Assembly (NCBI GenBank): GCA_964247135.1
Contig: CAXTTL010000003.1
Location: 1 to 45,823, forward strand
DNA from: an uncultured Deinococcales bacterium
Lineage (GTDB): Bacteria > Deinococcota > Deinococci > Deinococcales > JAAFIG01
Direction of reading: 5' to 3'
DNA: 45,823 nucleotides
The position numbers and the translations under genes are program-made. Within the stretch, counting starts at the first letter, position 1. Every line of letters begins with the position of its first letter. Under the pieces are notes generated by a model, which had not been told where the DNA came from, made no database searches, and saw only the letters and a list, made by a program, of their open reading frames with translations. Below, in pieces: positions 31,506 to 41,229 of the stretch.

Positions 31506-34500
31506 ATGATTCAACTTAAGACATCGCAAATTAAGGGGGGCAACCTGAGCATCACGACACGCGAAAGTATCACCCTGATCGGTCAGCGCCTTCGCGGCTT
31601 AAAAACGCCCCGTAAAGGTGTCGTGCTGGGCTTGTGGGGCGAAGCTGGCATTGGTAAAACTTGGACGCTCGAGCGAATCTTGCAATCCACGGGTTTTGGG
31701 CATGTCAAAGTGAATATCAACATTCCACTTGCCGCTTTGATTCGTGTCCTGCCGCGTCCAAAACGTTTACCGATCTGGGCGCAGCGTTTGCTCGAGAAGC
31801 TGGAACGAGGCGAGCATGTTGCCACCTCGAGTATTTCCGATGCCCTTGGCGCGTTGCTGAGGGCGCAAGCGCCGATGATCTTGTGCTTTGAAGATTTACA
31901 CGAAGCCAGCCCAGAACGCCTCGAGTTGCTGCTTGCACTCTCGCAACTTGTGTTGCGTTCCGCTGGTGTGGCGATTGTTGTCACCAGCCGAAACGCACCA
32001 CCCGAACCTTTTGAGGCGTTCAAACTCGAGCCGTTGACCAGTGCCGAATCCAAAGCCCTGCTCGAGACTCAGATCAATGCCGATTTACCACTTCAGACAA
32101 GCGATTGGATTTATGCGCGAGCGAGAGGCAATCCGCTTTTCACGCTCGAGTTTTTGCGGTTTCTGACCCGAGACGGTTACGTCTGGGGCGATGGCAGTCG
32201 CTGGCATTGGCGCGTGCCACCCGATGACTTGATGCCCGTGACGGTCGAGGCGTTGATTGAACATCTGCTCGATCAATCCGTGCATTCGGGGATGGTACAA
32301 GATGCGCTCGAGGCAAAGGCTTTGCTTGGTTTGGGTGTAACGCAGCAACTTTGGGCACAGGTAGCAGGGTTGACGCTCGAGGCTTTGCTGGCAGCTCAAC
32401 ACGAACTCGAGCAACACAACTTGCTGGTCAACCTCGAGTTTGCCCATCCGTTGTTTGCCGAAGTGACCCTAAAGAGATTGACGCTCGAGCGCAGTCAGGT
32501 TTTGGCGAGACGAGGATTGCTTGCCTTGCAGGATGATCCGATAGCGGCGGCTGGGTTTGTGGAAAACGCTGGACTCGAGCCAGAAATGGCATTGGCATGG
32601 TTGAAACGGGCGGTAGAAAGCGCGAAAGCGCAGGGCAACGAGGTGCAAGCTGCACAATTTCAAGCTCGAGGGGTGGTGTTTGCCATTGGCGAGGAACGGG
32701 GTCGTTTGGCATTTGAGGCGGTGCAGCATTTACAACATGTGGATTTACCAGAAGCTTCACGTTTGGCAGACATTGCCCTCGAGCTTCACCCGCATGACAA
32801 GGAAACAATTTTGCTGCGTGCCAGCTTGTTTGCCACCTTGGGGCAAGGTGCCCAGGTGGATCGTGTGCTCGAACGACTGCCAGACAGTGAAAAAAGCGGC
32901 AGCGATTGGCTGGGCGTGCGCATACGAATGCGCATGGGGCAACACGATGTGGTCGGCGTCTTGAAAATTTGTCAGGAACACCCTGAACTCTTTGAGTCCA
33001 CCAAACCAGAAATCTGTAACAACATCGGCTGGGCATTGACAAGTTGCGGTGAGAGCGAACGTGCCCGCAGCTTGGTGCAACGTGTCTTGGCGCAACCCGA
33101 CTTGACGCTCGAGCAATCCGTGCGACTCACCAATCTGGCTGCGGTGGTCTGCGACAATTTGGGAGACTTGGATGCAGCCCAAGCGTATTGCACCCAAGCC
33201 ATCAGCCTGGCACACCAGGCTGGGCGCTTGCACAGCGCGGCGGTGGCACATTTCAACCGAGCACTCGCCAGACAAAAAAATGGTTTCTATCAGGATGTCG
33301 TCCCCGACGTGCAAGAAGCCCTGAACCTGTGGGGACAGTTGGGCGATGCCAGGGGCTGCGCCCAAGCTCAGGTGGTTCTGGCGCAAGAACTGATGCGGGT
33401 CGCCGAGTATGAACGCGCCGAGGAATTGCTGCTCGAGGCGAGGCGCACCCTTGAACAGATTGGCAACGCATCGCGGCAGATTGATCTTGCAAACGTGCTG
33501 TGCTTGTTGTACCTGGATTGGCAAACACCGCACAGCCACATGCTGGCACTGAAGTACGTGCAGTCGGCGTTGGCAGCGGCTCGAGTGCATGGCAATCCCG
33601 TCTTGCTGGTACGAACCCTCGCCTGTGCCGCGTTGGTGTATGCCCTGACCGGTCAGGGGCGGCGCGGGCTTGAGTTGATTGATGAAATGAAAGCGCTGCT
33701 GCCATCAATCGATCACAACCGACTCGAGAGCGAAGCGCTGTTTGCCGAAGCATCAACGCTCGAGGCAGTGGGACGCCGTGATGAAGCGATTTTGTTGTTT
33801 GGTCGGTCGGTGCAAGCACCGAGTGGGGTGGAAAGCCAGCAATTGCATGAACTCGAGTTGGATCGGCTGACCCAAGACCTCGAGCGTGCTCGGGTGCGGC
33901 TGGCGTGGTTTGAAGCGCGAGGCTTGAAAAGCGCTGCGAATCGAGTTCGGCGGTACTTCCCCGAACTCGATGCTGTACCCAGCCGCGAAGTGGAAACGTC
34001 CGGCTTGCGGCTCGAGGTGCTTGGCGTCATGCAAATTGTGGACGCCAGTGGACCCAAAGCCATGCGCGGTCAAAAACGCAAAGAATTGCTGGCGTACTTG
34101 CTCGAGGCACGCATTGGCGGACGAAACGAAGTGCGGGTTTTCGAGTTGCTCGAGTTTTTATATCCCGAAGTTTCACCCGATGAAGCCGCCGATTCGCTCA
34201 AGCAACTCGTGTTTCAAATCCGCTCGGGTTTTGGTGCGTCGGTCATCCTCACCACGGGCAACGGTTACGCGCTCGGCGCCATCGGTTCGGACGCAGAACT
34301 TTTTCTCGAGCATTCAGATACCAGTTTGTGGCGCGGCGCGTACTTGTCCGATGTTGGACAGGGGCGCGACGAGAATGTGCGCGAGGCACTGTATCAGGCA
34401 CTCCGCTCGAGCATCGCCGCAACTTTGGAGCGCGAACCGAAAGAAGCCATCCGTGTTGGGAAAATTCTGTGCGAGGCTGAGCCTTATGATCTCGAGGCAC

Positions 34501-34646
34501 TCGCCCTGACCTTGCGGGCGTTTCGCGCCAATGGCGATCACCGAGGACTCTCGAGGTTGTTCGGCATTGCCCGTTCGCGCCTGCTCGAGGTTGCTGAGGT
34601 GCTGCCCGAACGTTGGCAAGATTTTCTGGCGGCACAATCGGCATAA
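31506..34646 (+). CDS. STAND ATPase-TPR regulator with C-terminal SARP-like wHTH/BTAD (start uncertain: 31494, 31506 or CTG 31545)
   Basis: Walker A GEAGIGKT, Walker B LCFEDLH, GNPLF, FAHPLF, TPRs, C-terminal module shared with paralogs. Confidence 0.88.
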   Translation: MIQLKTSQIKGGNLSITTRESITLIGQRLRGLKTPRKGVVLGLWGEAGIGKTWTLERILQSTGFGHVKVNINIPLAALIRVLPRPKRLPIWAQRLLEKLERGEHVATSSISDALGALLRAQAPMILCFEDLHEASPERLELLLALSQLVLRSAGVAIVVTSRNAPPEPFEAFKLEPLTSAESKALLETQINADLPLQTSDWIYARARGNPLFTLEFLRFLTRDGYVWGDGSRWHWRVPPDDLMPVTVEALIEHLLDQSVHSGMVQDALEAKALLGLGVTQQLWAQVAGLTLEALLAAQHELEQHNLLVNLEFAHPLFAEVTLKRLTLERSQVLARRGLLALQDDPIAAAGFVENAGLEPEMALAWLKRAVESAKAQGNEVQAAQFQARGVVFAIGEERGRLAFEAVQHLQHVDLPEASRLADIALELHPHDKETILLRASLFATLGQGAQVDRVLERLPDSEKSGSDWLGVRIRMRMGQHDVVGVLKICQEHPELFESTKPEICNNIGWALTSCGESERARSLVQRVLAQPDLTLEQSVRLTNLAAVVCDNLGDLDAAQAYCTQAISLAHQAGRLHSAAVAHFNRALARQKNGFYQDVVPDVQEALNLWGQLGDARGCAQAQVVLAQELMRVAEYERAEELLLEARRTLEQIGNASRQIDLANVLCLLYLDWQTPHSHMLALKYVQSALAAARVHGNPVLLVRTLACAALVYALTGQGRRGLELIDEMKALLPSIDHNRLESEALFAEASTLEAVGRRDEAILLFGRSVQAPSGVESQQLHELELDRLTQDLERARVRLAWFEARGLKSAANRVRRYFPELDAVPSREVETSGLRLEVLGVMQIVDASGPKAMRGQKRKELLAYLLEARIGGRNEVRVFELLEFLYPEVSPDEAADSLKQLVFQIRSGFGASVILTTGNGYALGAIGSDAELFLEHSDTSLWRGAYLSDVGQGRDENVREALYQALRSSIAATLEREPKEAIRVGKILCEAEPYDLEALALTLRAFRANGDHRGLSRLFGIARSRLLEVAEVLPERWQDFLAAQSA

Positions 34647-34659
34647 GTGGCGGTTTTTA

Positions 34660-34691
34660 TTACCTCGGTATGACCGGTCCTTGCGTATTGT
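34660..34691 (+). promoter_or_regulatory. TTACC-N6-TGACC direct repeat + N10 + -10-like TATTGT
   Basis: Starts 13 bp after the regulator stop; 11-bp periodic repeat. Confidence 0.6.
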
Positions 34692-34755
34692 TTAAGGGCA
34701 AGTTGAAATGCTTTGGCATCGTCAGGTCAAACAAGATCACCCTCGGGAGGAAGTC

Positions 34756-34881
34756 ATGAACAGCAAAAATCTGAAGCGCGGTTTGGTCGCAATCGTCATC
34801 GCAATGCTTTGTGTATCTGGTTTGGCGACTGCTGGTGGCATTTCAATCAAATGCGCTTATGCGCCAATTTGCAGCAACTGA
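34756..34881 (+). CDS. 41-aa secreted peptide precursor MNSKNLKRGLVAIVIAMLCVSGLATA-GGISIKCAYAPICSN
   Basis: RBS GGGAGG, basic N-region, hydrophobic core, A-T-A signal peptidase site; not in the ORF track. Confidence 0.7.
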   Translation: MNSKNLKRGLVAIVIAMLCVSGLATAGGISIKCAYAPICSN

Positions 34882-35021
34882 TCAGGCAATCTGATTGGGT
34901 ACAACCCGCAACTGCCTTGAAGCAAGACTCGAGTCGGTTGCGGGTACGTTTGTGACGACTCAAAAACCCATCAAAAGATTCAGCCGCTCGAGATGCCCTA
35001 CACTTGAGGCTGTGAGAGGAC

Positions 35022-38000
35022 ATGACCGAACTTCCAACTGGTCGCCTTGAGGGGCTGACCGCACGCTTTCGTTTGGTGCTGACCCGACGCTCGAGTTTGG
35101 CACTCGGCGTGTCTGGCGACCCTGGTGTTGGAAAATCCTTTGAGGTCAAACAACTCCTCGATTCCGTTGGCTGTCAACACTTCACCATGAACGCCAATGC
35201 GACGGTTCTCGAGTGGCTGCGTGGTTTGCCTCGACCTGACAAGCTGCCGTTTTGGGCGCTCCGTGCCGTCCAGCGACTCGAGCAAGCTGAAAGCCTCGAA
35301 ACGAGCGCCGTGTGTGCCGCCATCACGAGCTTGCTGCTTGCCCTGTCTCCAGTGGTTTGGGTACTCGAGGATGTACATGAAGCCGATTCAGATCGGCTTG
35401 GGTTCCTTGGCGACTTGGCTCGAGCCGTCAAACGCACGCGGGGCATCGCTTTGGTTTTGACCAGTCGAGTCGCGCTGCCCGAACCTTTCGAGGTATTTCA
35501 ACTCCAGGCGCTTTCGTCCAAAACCTCCAAAACATTGCTCGAACAAACCCTGGGCGCTCCAGTACCATCCCAGACCGCCGTTTGGATTGAGGCTCGAGCT
35601 TGCGGCAACCCGTTGTTTGCACTCGAGTACCTGCGTTACCTGGCGCGAACGGGTCACCTCTGGAGTGATGGTCAGGCGTGGCATTGGCGTGAACCACCCG
35701 AAAGCACCATGCCCGCCACCATTGAGGCATTGATCGAACGGCTGCTCGAGCAAGCCAAGAACGCCGTGGGTCAAGAGGCGCTTGAAGCGGCGGCAGTCTT
35801 GCTGCCCAAAACGCCAGCAGCAATTTGGGCGCACGTCGCAGGACTTTCCCTGGAAGCGCTTGCAGAGCAACAAACCGATCTCGAGCGTCACGGTTTGTTC
35901 AGGGCTGGTTGGTTTGCCCACCCGCTGTTTCGTGAGGTGGCGGCTCGAGGGCTTTCCTCAGAACGCCGCCGTGATCTGGCGCGTCGTGCCGTGAGCGCCC
36001 TCGAGGTCAATGACCCACAAACGGCAGCAGCCTACGTGGACACGGCTCAACTCGAGGATGAGGTTGCACTGGTGCTGCTCGAGCGGGCTGCCAAGGAAGC
36101 CCGAAATCGTGGCAATACGATTGGGGCGGCACGTTTCACCGCTCAGGCGGCAAATCGTGCGACGGGTGACACCCGTGATCGACTGGCACTCGAGGCGGCA
36201 ATTGAGCTGCAAGAAGCAGACCTTCCTTACGCTCAAAGGTTGCTCGAGCAAATCGTAATTGCTGGATCAAATGAACCTCGGGCGCTGTACTTGCTGGCTG
36301 AGTTGCTGGCACGGCAGGGTCGTGGCATTGAGGCTGAAAAAATGCTTGCACGGGTTGCCCAAGTCAACCGCGACCCGAGTGACCATATTCGGCAACAATT
36401 GCGTGTCCGAACGTTGGCACAGGATTTTGCAGGGGTGATTGCTTTGTACGAGCAACACGCAACCTTGCTCGAGACTGCCAATGCGGAACTGCTCAACCAA
36501 ATCGCATGGTCATTCTTTCTTCAAGGTGATGCCGAGCGTGCAAATACGATCATTCTCAGATCGCTCGAGAATCCTGATTTGATTGACCTCGATAAAGCCG
36601 ACCTCTCGAGTGTCCTGGCGATGCTTGAAAATGCTCGAGGCAATCAAACTCGAGCCGAAACCCTGCTAAACGATGCAATCAATGCTTACCGAGAAGCCGG
36701 TCGCAACATTGCATTGAGCGAAACCTTGTACAATCGCGCCCGTGCCCATCACAGCGCAGGGCGTTACCGCGATGCCATGACCGACCTCGAACAGGCGGCA
36801 CAACTCGAGGCAGAGCGCGGTGACGGACATGCACAAGCCATCACCCAAATTTTTATGGCGGAATTGCAAACCGAATTTGGTGAGTTTGCAACAGCCGAAC
36901 AACTGTTGATCGCCGCCAAAGCAATCCTCGAGCATCATGGGGATTGGGCAGCGCTGGTCGCGTGTGAAGCCAACCTGTCGTTGTTGTACCGTGCCTGGGA
37001 TTCACCTTACGGTGGTGTGCTGGCGCTCAAATACGCCCAGACGGCGCTCAAACTGGCGCATCAAACAGACCAACAAATGTTGCTTTTACAGGCACTCAAG
37101 GCGGCAGCAAGCGCAGAGGCATGGTCTGCTCAGGGCACACGTGCGCTCGAGTACGCCCATCAAGCCCTCGAGATTGCAAACGCACTGGCGCAACCCAAAG
37201 CGCTCGTCTGGGCGAGGGCAACCCTGGCGCTGGCGCTCGAAAGCACTGGCGCAGCCGAACAAGCTCAAATTGAATATCAAGCTGCGATTGATCTGGCTGA
37301 ACAGATCAACTTGGGTTTTGAAGTCAACCGTTATGGTCTCGAGGTTGACCGACTGACCCACGACACGGCAAGCGCCAAACAACGACTCGATTGGTTTCAG
37401 GCTCATGGTTTGCAGCACTGTGCCAAGCTGAGCCAAAAGTATTTTCCAGAATTAAACGTTTTTGAAAACCAACCCGCCACCGCAACCTCAGTTGTCGTAC
37501 CGCGACTCGAGGTGCTGGGATCAATGCAACTGCGTCAAGACCAGACCAGCCAAGCCATTCGCGGGCACAAACGCAAAGAATTGCTGGTGCTGTTACTCGA
37601 GGCACGAATTTCTGGCAAACCCGAGATTCCACAATTCGAGTTGTGCGAAAACCTCTATCCAGAATCCAATCCTGAAGAGTCTGGGGTTTCGCTCAAACAA
37701 CTGGTCTTTCAAATTCGCTCGGGTTTTGGTCAGGCTGCCATCAGCACCACCAGCAATGGTTACGCGCTCGGTGCTTTTGATTCAGATGCCGAAGCGTTCT
37801 TGCAGTCGGGCAACAGCCAACTCTGGCGCGGAATCTACCTCGAAGATGCGGCACCCGAGCCTCGAGATGAAACGGTGAGCGACGCACTTTATGGGGCGTT
37901 GCGTTCAAAAATTGAAAGCCTCTCGCAAACCGATACCAAAGAGGCGGCGCGGCTTGGCAGAATCCTGCTCGAAGCCGAACCGTATGACCTCGAGGTGCTG

Positions 38001-38144
38001 CGGTTGTGCTTGAGCGCTTTGCGAAACGAAAAGAATCACCGCACGCTCTCGAGGGTCTATGCCAGCGCTTGCACGCGAATGCTCGAGGTTGGTGAAGTGC
38101 TACCGAGCGATTGGCAAGCATTCTTAAAACCTTCAACGGCATAA
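35022..38144 (+). CDS. STAND ATPase-TPR regulator with C-terminal SARP-like wHTH/BTAD
   Basis: GDPGVGKS, WVLEDVH, GNPLF, FAHPLF, TPRs, conserved C-terminal module; RBS GAGAGGA. Confidence 0.9.
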   Translation: MTELPTGRLEGLTARFRLVLTRRSSLALGVSGDPGVGKSFEVKQLLDSVGCQHFTMNANATVLEWLRGLPRPDKLPFWALRAVQRLEQAESLETSAVCAAITSLLLALSPVVWVLEDVHEADSDRLGFLGDLARAVKRTRGIALVLTSRVALPEPFEVFQLQALSSKTSKTLLEQTLGAPVPSQTAVWIEARACGNPLFALEYLRYLARTGHLWSDGQAWHWREPPESTMPATIEALIERLLEQAKNAVGQEALEAAAVLLPKTPAAIWAHVAGLSLEALAEQQTDLERHGLFRAGWFAHPLFREVAARGLSSERRRDLARRAVSALEVNDPQTAAAYVDTAQLEDEVALVLLERAAKEARNRGNTIGAARFTAQAANRATGDTRDRLALEAAIELQEADLPYAQRLLEQIVIAGSNEPRALYLLAELLARQGRGIEAEKMLARVAQVNRDPSDHIRQQLRVRTLAQDFAGVIALYEQHATLLETANAELLNQIAWSFFLQGDAERANTIILRSLENPDLIDLDKADLSSVLAMLENARGNQTRAETLLNDAINAYREAGRNIALSETLYNRARAHHSAGRYRDAMTDLEQAAQLEAERGDGHAQAITQIFMAELQTEFGEFATAEQLLIAAKAILEHHGDWAALVACEANLSLLYRAWDSPYGGVLALKYAQTALKLAHQTDQQMLLLQALKAAASAEAWSAQGTRALEYAHQALEIANALAQPKALVWARATLALALESTGAAEQAQIEYQAAIDLAEQINLGFEVNRYGLEVDRLTHDTASAKQRLDWFQAHGLQHCAKLSQKYFPELNVFENQPATATSVVVPRLEVLGSMQLRQDQTSQAIRGHKRKELLVLLLEARISGKPEIPQFELCENLYPESNPEESGVSLKQLVFQIRSGFGQAAISTTSNGYALGAFDSDAEAFLQSGNSQLWRGIYLEDAAPEPRDETVSDALYGALRSKIESLSQTDTKEAARLGRILLEAEPYDLEVLRLCLSALRNEKNHRTLSRVYASACTRMLEVGEVLPSDWQAFLKPSTA

Positions 38145-38157
38145 ACAGCCCGAACCC

Positions 38158-38189
38158 TAACCGAGGTGTTACCACCGTTGGCGCAAACT
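38158..38189 (+). promoter_or_regulatory. TAACC-N6-TTACC direct repeat + N10 + -10-like CAAACT
   Basis: Starts 13 bp after the regulator stop, identical geometry to 34660. Confidence 0.6.
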
Positions 38190-38461
38190 TTGCGCAGTCG
38201 GGTTCAGGTTCAGATGTCGCTTGAATTGCTTGTCATTCACTCGAGTTTTCGGGGTGACGGGCGGGTGATGGCTTGATCCAAACTTGTCCCAAGAAGGAGG
38301 AATTCATGAAATTTGTTTTGATAATCGGATGTTAGTTGCAGCGCAGAAACCTCACCACCGCAAAACCCAAACTCGCGCACTGTGTCTGACGAAAGAGGTA
38401 CGTGGGTTTGGCAGAAGAGCAGGTTTCACTTCATTCAGGGGATTCCCAAGGAGGTATTTGG

Positions 38462-39361
38462 ATGGCGAACATCGTTGCGGGAAACGCATTGGCGCTCAGG
38501 TGTCTGGGCAACGTCGAGGGACCACGCTTCTTGGATGGCAGAACAGGAGATGGGTCTGTGGGTCTCGCGCCGAGTACCGACCTACCCTTTACGGGAACGC
38601 GCTGGGTCGCGGTTGATGAGGGCATCGCGGGTCAGGTCATCCTAAAATGCCTTGGTGACGTTGATGGTCCGAGGTTCCTGAACGGTCGAACTGTCTCCGG
38701 TGAGGTGGATTTGGTGCCCAGCACCAAGCCGCCGTTTTCGGGAACCCGATGGGCGGTGATGGACGATGGTCAAACTGGAACCACGCTGAAATGCCTGGGA
38801 GACCTCGACGGTTTACGGTTCCTTGATGGCAGAACCCGTGATGGTTCAGTGGGTCTCGCACCTGGCACGGAGCCTCCGTTTACCGGAACACACTGGGAGG
38901 TAATCGACCTGGGTCGTTTGGGGTTCGTGAATTACGATTCGGGACCGATCACTTCGGGTCTGCCGCTCGGAGGCTCCGTCCACGTCACCCTGGCAAGCAA
39001 TGGTAGCTTCACGTTCTCGTCGCACGCGCACGATTCGGGTATTGACAATATCGATTACACGATCTCCGCCGTCCTGATGGCTCCAACCGGTGTGGCTTTC
39101 ACTTTTCAGCACGCGGGTCATGTCGAGGGAACTGTTGCAGGTCTGCCGTTCGGAACCCCAAACCGCAACGACGAGTTCACGACGGGCGGAACGAACGCGC
39201 TCATCAGCGATAATTGGGCGGGACTCGTCGGCGGCGTCCTTCTGGCGAGGCTCGATGGGCGAGACACGACCGCCGCTGCAATCGGCGATCTCCTGGGGCA
39301 GGTCGCCGCCGAGGTGGGCAAAGCCGCCGCCACACAAGCCATCGCCTTGGTGTTCGGCTGA
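38462..39361 (+). CDS. Protein with three ~51-aa repeats (beta-trefoil/fascin-like) and a C-terminal domain
   Basis: 3x LxCLGxxxGxRFL(D/N)GRTxxGxVxLxPxTxxPF(T/S)GTxW; RBS AAGGAGG before ATG 38462. Confidence 0.8.
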   Translation: MANIVAGNALALRCLGNVEGPRFLDGRTGDGSVGLAPSTDLPFTGTRWVAVDEGIAGQVILKCLGDVDGPRFLNGRTVSGEVDLVPSTKPPFSGTRWAVMDDGQTGTTLKCLGDLDGLRFLDGRTRDGSVGLAPGTEPPFTGTHWEVIDLGRLGFVNYDSGPITSGLPLGGSVHVTLASNGSFTFSSHAHDSGIDNIDYTISAVLMAPTGVAFTFQHAGHVEGTVAGLPFGTPNRNDEFTTGGTNALISDNWAGLVGGVLLARLDGRDTTAAAIGDLLGQVAAEVGKAAATQAIALVFG

Positions 39362-39729
39362 TCGCAATGCCTCGTGGGTTTGATCTCATACCAAATTGCG
39401 GGGAACAGTCATGCTTTATCGACTGTTCCCCCGACCAACGGGAGTGGCAAAAGTACGGAATCAACGAGGTTAACGGAGTTGTGGAGTGAAGCGGAATAAT
39501 GGAGTGTTCTCGTTAATTCCGTATCACCCATGCCATCGGCAGTGTTATCGGCATGATTCATTTTTTCGGTGAAACCCTTCCAAGCTGGATTCGCCTCTAC
39601 CAAAGGTGTCGCAAGGCTTTTTAAGGACGAATCGGCGTAAGTCTCTCGAAATCTCACTGGGGTATCACGAGCGCAGAGGCAGGCTGTCGTGAGAAGGTGA
39701 CGCGCACTTTCGTGGTTTGTGGAGGACAC

Positions 39730-40767
39730 ATGAAAATCTTGGTATCGATACTGGTTTGTTTTTGGTGGATGGGGATGGTCACGCTGGCTGCCCCCAGCAT
39801 CACCCTTCAACCATCCGCCCGTTTCGTCAATGGAATCGTGCCACTGATGGCAACCGTCACCGGTGCAATTCCAAAAGCGGTCGATTATTTGCTGGACGGC
39901 GTTCGGGTGGCTCGAGTTTCAAAAGCACCGTTTTTGTTCAATTGGGACACCCGAAAAACCCCAGAGAAACAGCATCAGGTGGTGGCTCGAGCCTCTTTAA
40001 AATCAAGACCTCCGATGCGATCATTGGACTGGGCAGTGTTGCCAGATTCCAACTCGCAATGGATGCTTGATTTTCAATCTGCTGGCAATTCAGAATTTGC
40101 TGGGACTTCTTTTTCGGGTACAAACAAATTGGCAATCACAATCAAAGACAATCAATTCTCCCAAACGCGTCTCGGTAAGGCACTAAACGTGTTGAAGCAC
40201 AAAGAAGTTCATGATGTCACCATGTGGTTTAACGCTGAAGACTTACCAAGACTGATCCTGGATATTGATGATGGCACATTGCGCTGCGTTTTTGAAAAAC
40301 AAGGCATAAAAGGCTTGAACCTGATTGGAAAAGCGTATCGGGGATATTTTGAACTTGGCATTCAATTCCATCTGGTTCAAACACCTTGTCGCTTGAGCCT
40401 GGTGAAACAAGGAACCGCCATGCTGGTCAGTGAACGGCGCAGCATAACGGTTGATCGAACATCCCCACGTATCGTGAAGATCACACCCGATCCGCTTTCC
40501 AATCCACTGAAGGCAGGCGGACAGTTCGTGATTGTCTTCTCCGAACCCGTGACTCGAGGTTTTGGCTACGATTATTACGGCGCGGCTGGATGCCCCTGTG
40601 ACAGCGTTTGGTCTGCCGATGGTTTGACCTTGACCATAGACCGTCCAGAAAGCTCGTGGAAACCAGATGACGATTTCCCTTTCGTATTGCTGCTGACTGA
40701 CACGACCGATCTGGCTGGAAACAAGCTTTTGCAAAAAAGCATCACCTTCAAATATTGCTGCACCTGA
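39730..40767 (+). CDS. Secreted protein with N- and C-terminal Ig-like domains
   Basis: RBS GGAGG; signal peptide; VDYLLDG..APFLFNWDT; DRTSPRIV..IVFSEPV..TDLAGN. Confidence 0.75.
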   Translation: MKILVSILVCFWWMGMVTLAAPSITLQPSARFVNGIVPLMATVTGAIPKAVDYLLDGVRVARVSKAPFLFNWDTRKTPEKQHQVVARASLKSRPPMRSLDWAVLPDSNSQWMLDFQSAGNSEFAGTSFSGTNKLAITIKDNQFSQTRLGKALNVLKHKEVHDVTMWFNAEDLPRLILDIDDGTLRCVFEKQGIKGLNLIGKAYRGYFELGIQFHLVQTPCRLSLVKQGTAMLVSERRSITVDRTSPRIVKITPDPLSNPLKAGGQFVIVFSEPVTRGFGYDYYGAAGCPCDSVWSADGLTLTIDRPESSWKPDDDFPFVLLLTDTTDLAGNKLLQKSITFKYCCT

Positions 40768-40905
40768 AGCTGGCACTCGAGTGCTGGGTGAGCACCAGAG
40801 GGCACATTACGCAAAGTTATGACTTTGTTGTTGACGACTCGAGGTTCAACCATGAATCGTGTCCGGTTGACGGCACCTGTCATCAAAGTGTCTTGGGAGA
40901 AATTT

Positions 40906-41097
40906 ATGAATCAAACCAAACCCGAAATCCCGACGATAAACCTGGAATCTCAAACGAAAATTCACAGGCTCGAGCATTCAACCACGGCACAAGCTGCCCA
41001 AATTGCGATGCCAGAACAACGCCAAAATTATGGGACTCCCAAACTCGAGATTCATCGCAATCTCAAGCTGTGGATTGGCGTTACTGAACGCAGTTGA
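40906..41097 (+). CDS. Small protein with YxxPxL motif (RiPP-leader-like)
   Basis: RBS GGGAGA; ...QNYGTPKLEIHRNLKLWIGVTERS. Confidence 0.4.
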   Translation: MNQTKPEIPTINLESQTKIHRLEHSTTAQAAQIAMPEQRQNYGTPKLEIHRNLKLWIGVTERS

Positions 41098-41176
41098 TCC
41101 GAAGACTTTGAATCAACGGAAGTATTCTTGTCCACCGTTTGTACAGCTCGGGGAGCGGCACAAATCGCTCGAGGGC

Positions 41177-41208
41177 TAACCGAAATATCACCAGGCTTGC
41201 GGCACGAT
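41177..41208 (+). promoter_or_regulatory. TAACC-N6-TCACC direct repeat + N10 + -10-like CACGAT
   Basis: Same geometry as 34660 and 38158. Confidence 0.55.
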
Positions 41209-41229
41209 AAGGACACGAGGAGGTCTTTC

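Noticed and set aside
31506-38144. STAND proteins as Avs/NLR-like antiphage systems
   Set aside because: No nuclease, TIR, SIR2 or protease effector motif; the output looks like a DNA-binding activator module.
38386-38430. CTGACGA as a hammerhead ribozyme core
   Set aside because: No stem II followed by GAAA can be built.
38325-39700. Integron cassette interpretation (GTTAG near 38331, downstream hairpins)
   Set aside because: No GTTRRRY/RYYYAAC pair or integrase is seen.
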